Program-made: the position numbers and the translations under genes
The notes under the pieces: model-generated
Databases searched by the model: none
What the model saw: only the letters and a program-made list of their open reading frames with translations
Told to the model about the DNA's origin: nothing
Part shown: in pieces, positions 25,302 to 27,546 of the stretch
Numbering within the stretch: position 1 is the first letter of the stretch
Layout of the letters: the number at the start of each line of letters is the position of its first letter
Virus record (IMG/VR): IMGVR_UViG_3300010289_000003
Coordinates: 1-27,546 of that record
From: a virus
Lineage: Duplodnaviria; Caudoviricetes
Reading direction: 5' to 3' (one strand)
DNA: 27,546 nt

Positions 25302-26552
25302 TCACCTCCTTTCCCAAAGATTATGGTCAACATCCACGACGTAGAAATGCGAGTCGAAAAGACGCTTTGAGAAGACGAAGATGTTGTTTCCGTCGTGGTC
25401 TAGCAGCCTGACAAGGTCTCCGTCCCACTCAGCGCATAACATAGCAAAGCAGGGATGAGTGTCCAGGCGGCAGTGGGATATTGCCGGGTTCCAGGCTGCG
25501 TAAAGCACATCGCGGTATGTTCCCCAGGTTGGGTGCGGGAATTTGTTCACGATAGCGTTATTGCGTATGATCACGCGCGCATAATCGTCTACCCGCACCC
25601 GCACATCGTCTGGAAACAGCGGAGCCATAAAGTCTGCGAAGTCCTCAAACAAGATATAGAAAACATCGGCATCCTCATCTGGCGACTCTTGAGCGCGGCG
25701 CTGCTCGTCGGCCTCATAGGCATACTTGATAAAATCACTGATTGTTGGGAACGTTTTGTTGTAGTAGCGGCGCACGAAATCGGGATAGCCAGATGGGGTC
25801 GGTTGGGTACAACCGTATGTGATGAGACCGGCTGCCTGTGCCTCTGCGATCAACTCCGTCGCTGTGAAGGTTTGCCTCTTAGCAGTAAAGTATTTCTTGA
25901 TCAATGGGGGCAGCGAATCCCTATTGGTTGCTTTGATATGTGTATTACGGAAACGGAGCAATTCGGTATACAAGACCTCAGCGCCGGCGTTTTTGATCGT
26001 CGAGACATAGTGCGCCGGGTTCGGCACACATTCTGGTATGTAGGGTATGCAATACACCACAACCCCGTGTCCCATACCGGCGAGTTTCTCGATACAATCC
26101 AAGCGATATGCAACCGATGGGGCGCCTGGTTCGATCTCCTGCCTGATGTTCTCGTCAAGGGTAGTCAGCGTAATGGCGAAGACGGACGGTGGGAGCATAG
26201 CGGCGATGTCGAGGAGAAACGAGCCGGTCTTAGTCTGGAAAGAGACCGGCACGTTTGAGTCAATGCAAGCTCTGACAATCGCTTGCGTATACTCCTGGTT
26301 GGATGGGCAAAACGGGTCAGTATGGTTGGAAATTACGATAGGATAACCGCGTGTGATGAGCTGAGCGATTGTGTTGGAATATTGATCAGGACGCACAATT
26401 GTGTTAAGCGTGCCCGAAAACTCAAGGTGAGTGGGGAAATGGGACCGGCGCAGGTACTGGTAGCAGTACGCGCACCCATAATCGCACTTCCCGTATGAAA
26501 GCTCCAGCGGAAATGGGCTTAGGAGGAACTCGCCGAAATATAGTTTAAGCAC
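25302..26552 (-). CDS. Radical SAM enzyme, spore-photoproduct-lyase-like (SPL/SplB) family
   Basis: CDYGCAYC (CxxxCxxC), TDPF, FQTK, ITLTTLD...IEPGAPSVAYRL; extra C-terminal region of approx. 170 aa. Confidence 0.9.
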   Translation of the reverse strand: MLKLYFGEFLLSPFPLELSYGKCDYGCAYCYQYLRRSHFPTHLEFSGTLNTIVRPDQYSNTIAQLITRGYPIVISNHTDPFCPSNQEYTQAIVRACIDSNVPVSFQTKTGSFLLDIAAMLPPSVFAITLTTLDENIRQEIEPGAPSVAYRLDCIEKLAGMGHGVVVYCIPYIPECVPNPAHYVSTIKNAGAEVLYTELLRFRNTHIKATNRDSLPPLIKKYFTAKRQTFTATELIAEAQAAGLITYGCTQPTPSGYPDFVRRYYNKTFPTISDFIKYAYEADEQRRAQESPDEDADVFYILFEDFADFMAPLFPDDVRVRVDDYARVIIRNNAIVNKFPHPTWGTYRDVLYAAWNPAISHCRLDTHPCFAMLCAEWDGDLVRLLDHDGNNIFVFSKRLFDSHFYVVDVDHNLWERR

Positions 26553-27283
26553 TCTGTCATCATCCTTGTGATCAAGCCTTTATCGGAAGCGACATCCCAA
26601 TACCGTTTGAGTGTTTGGAAATTCACCCAGTCCTTGCCGGACAGCACGATGTAGACGATGTGCTTCTTTCCATCATCCTCAATCTCCCCTTGCATAGCGG
26701 CAATGGTCTCTGACACAGGAGGGGCAACGCGTTTCTTATCTGGCGATGGAGGCGCGAAGCGATCCTCGAAGTCATCGTCTAAATCCTCCGTTTCGCTTGC
26801 TTCACCGTCATCGGTTGCCAGGCCGTTAAAAAGCGCCTCAAGGCTGTCGGACGTCTCGCGTATTTCGTTTAGCCAGTCCCTGTCCATACCGACCGTCGGT
26901 AGAATGTCTGCCATATCGCGCAGGAGATCGGCGTCCCACGTGCCGCTGTGGGTATTGGCGACAAGGTTAGCCTTTGCGCACTGTTCCGGCGTCCATCTGA
27001 CAGCGCGATATGAAAACATCTCTCCCCCGGACTCGAAATACCCGACTGCTACCGTTCCGGTAGACGTGGGGTGTGGGTATTCCTTGATGATGGTGGGAGA
27101 AACGTGCTGCAGGTCAAGCGCGGCGACACGTTGATTAGCGCTAATGACCTGGTCGCTGTTGAGGTCGTGAACAACACCGCCGAGGTCTCCGAACTCAACA
27201 AGCCTCTTGCGCAACTCTCGCAATTTCTGTTGTGTGATTTTACGTGGATTCTTCTTGTAAAATTTCATCGCTTGTGCCCTCAT
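26519..27283 (-). CDS. ParB/Srx-fold protein of the terminase-linked type
   Basis: YKKNPRKI...LVEFGDL...VISANQRV...ANLVAN..SGTWDADLL, acidic linker, short C-terminal domain. Confidence 0.8.
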   Translation of the reverse strand: MRAQAMKFYKKNPRKITQQKLRELRKRLVEFGDLGGVVHDLNSDQVISANQRVAALDLQHVSPTIIKEYPHPTSTGTVAVGYFESGGEMFSYRAVRWTPEQCAKANLVANTHSGTWDADLLRDMADILPTVGMDRDWLNEIRETSDSLEALFNGLATDDGEASETEDLDDDFEDRFAPPSPDKKRVAPPVSETIAAMQGEIEDDGKKHIVYIVLSGKDWVNFQTLKRYWDVASDKGLITRMMTECLNYISASSS

Positions 27284-27546
27284 TCATACGTGGAGACAAC
27301 AGCACGGTCTCGGTGCGGGGTTGCTTCGCAAGAGCAGCGCCTGTGCCGATTATGCCGGTTTTTCTCGTTTTACCCGCAACGAAACAAGCTGTGTCGAAAT
27401 CAATTCTGTTCCAACCCGCGTCCAGTAGGGGTTGATAGACCTTATGCCAATAACAGGAGAGCATAGCGTTGCCCCTCAAGTCTAGCAAGTTATCAACGAG
27501 GGAAGCGTGCTCGTCTATTGTCATTTCGTGCTTATAGGATCCACCC
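27240..27546 (-). CDS. DNA adenine methyltransferase (Dam/D12 class), C-terminal part; 5' end is beyond the window
   Basis: Frame is open to the edge: GGSYKHEMTIDEHASLVDNLLDLRGNAMLSCY...YQPLLDAGWNR...RTETVLLSP fits the YxHEMT..H..L...G...LSxY...R.E tail of D12-class methylases. The DPPY motif is not in the window. Confidence 0.75.
   Translation of the reverse strand, partial: GGSYKHEMTIDEHASLVDNLLDLRGNAMLSCYWHKVYQPLLDAGWNRIDFDTACFVAGKTRKTGIIGTGAALAKQPRTETVLLSPRMNEGTSDEILQEEST

Larger units (their letters stand above)
1..27546 (-). mobile_element. Tailed bacteriophage or prophage segment (packaging, head, neck and tail modules plus an accessory cassette)
   Basis: Canonical order terS-terL-portal-MuF-protease-capsid-neck-tail tube-chaperone-tape measure-tail tip on one strand, with many ATGA/GTGA overlaps. 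No integrase or att site is in the window, so lifestyle is unknown. Confidence 0.96.

Noticed and set aside
23838-26258. Long plus-strand ORFs 23838-24707, 24688-25344 and 25455-26258
   Set aside because: Antisense to terL, terS/peptide and the radical SAM gene, which have clear motifs; no recognisable features of their own.
25302-26552. Naming the radical SAM gene splB or queE
   Set aside because: Family-level similarity to SPL only, with substrate unknown; no 7-deazaguanine pathway genes (folE, queD, queC, dpdA) are in the window.
1-27546. tRNA/rRNA genes and host assignment
   Set aside because: No cloverleaf or rRNA-like sequence seen in the short intergenic gaps; the host cannot be supported from this sequence alone.

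Overview
A tailed-phage (siphovirus-like) genome segment, lytic or prophage; no integrase, att site or host gene lies in the window. The packaging and morphogenesis genes run on the minus strand, right to left: Dam-family methylase (cut by the edge), ParB-like protein, SPL-type radical SAM enzyme, a 60-aa Ala/Pro-rich peptide with a cationic tail, TerS, TerL, portal, MuF-like head protein, prohead protease/scaffold, major capsid protein, double GT2 glycosyltransferase, DUF1360 protein, neck proteins, a tail tube fused to an Asp-box propeller, tail chaperones, tape measure and tail-tip proteins. Between MuF and the protease gene sits an approx. 5.5-kb self-contained cassette (15350-20865). It has three near-consensus sigma70 promoters and flanking hairpins, and it carries six tandem genes built from about 42 copies of an 81-bp unit encoding a shortened 27-aa ankyrin-like repeat. 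The units also carry a DNA/RNA inverted repeat (up to 15 bp perfect in those checked, often with a TTCG loop), and orphan pieces of the unit flank the non-repeat genes. This dual protein/hairpin repeat array is the best candidate for an undescribed system, followed by the methylase-ParB-radical SAM-peptide cluster. All functional calls come from motif recognition and gene order; no database search was run.
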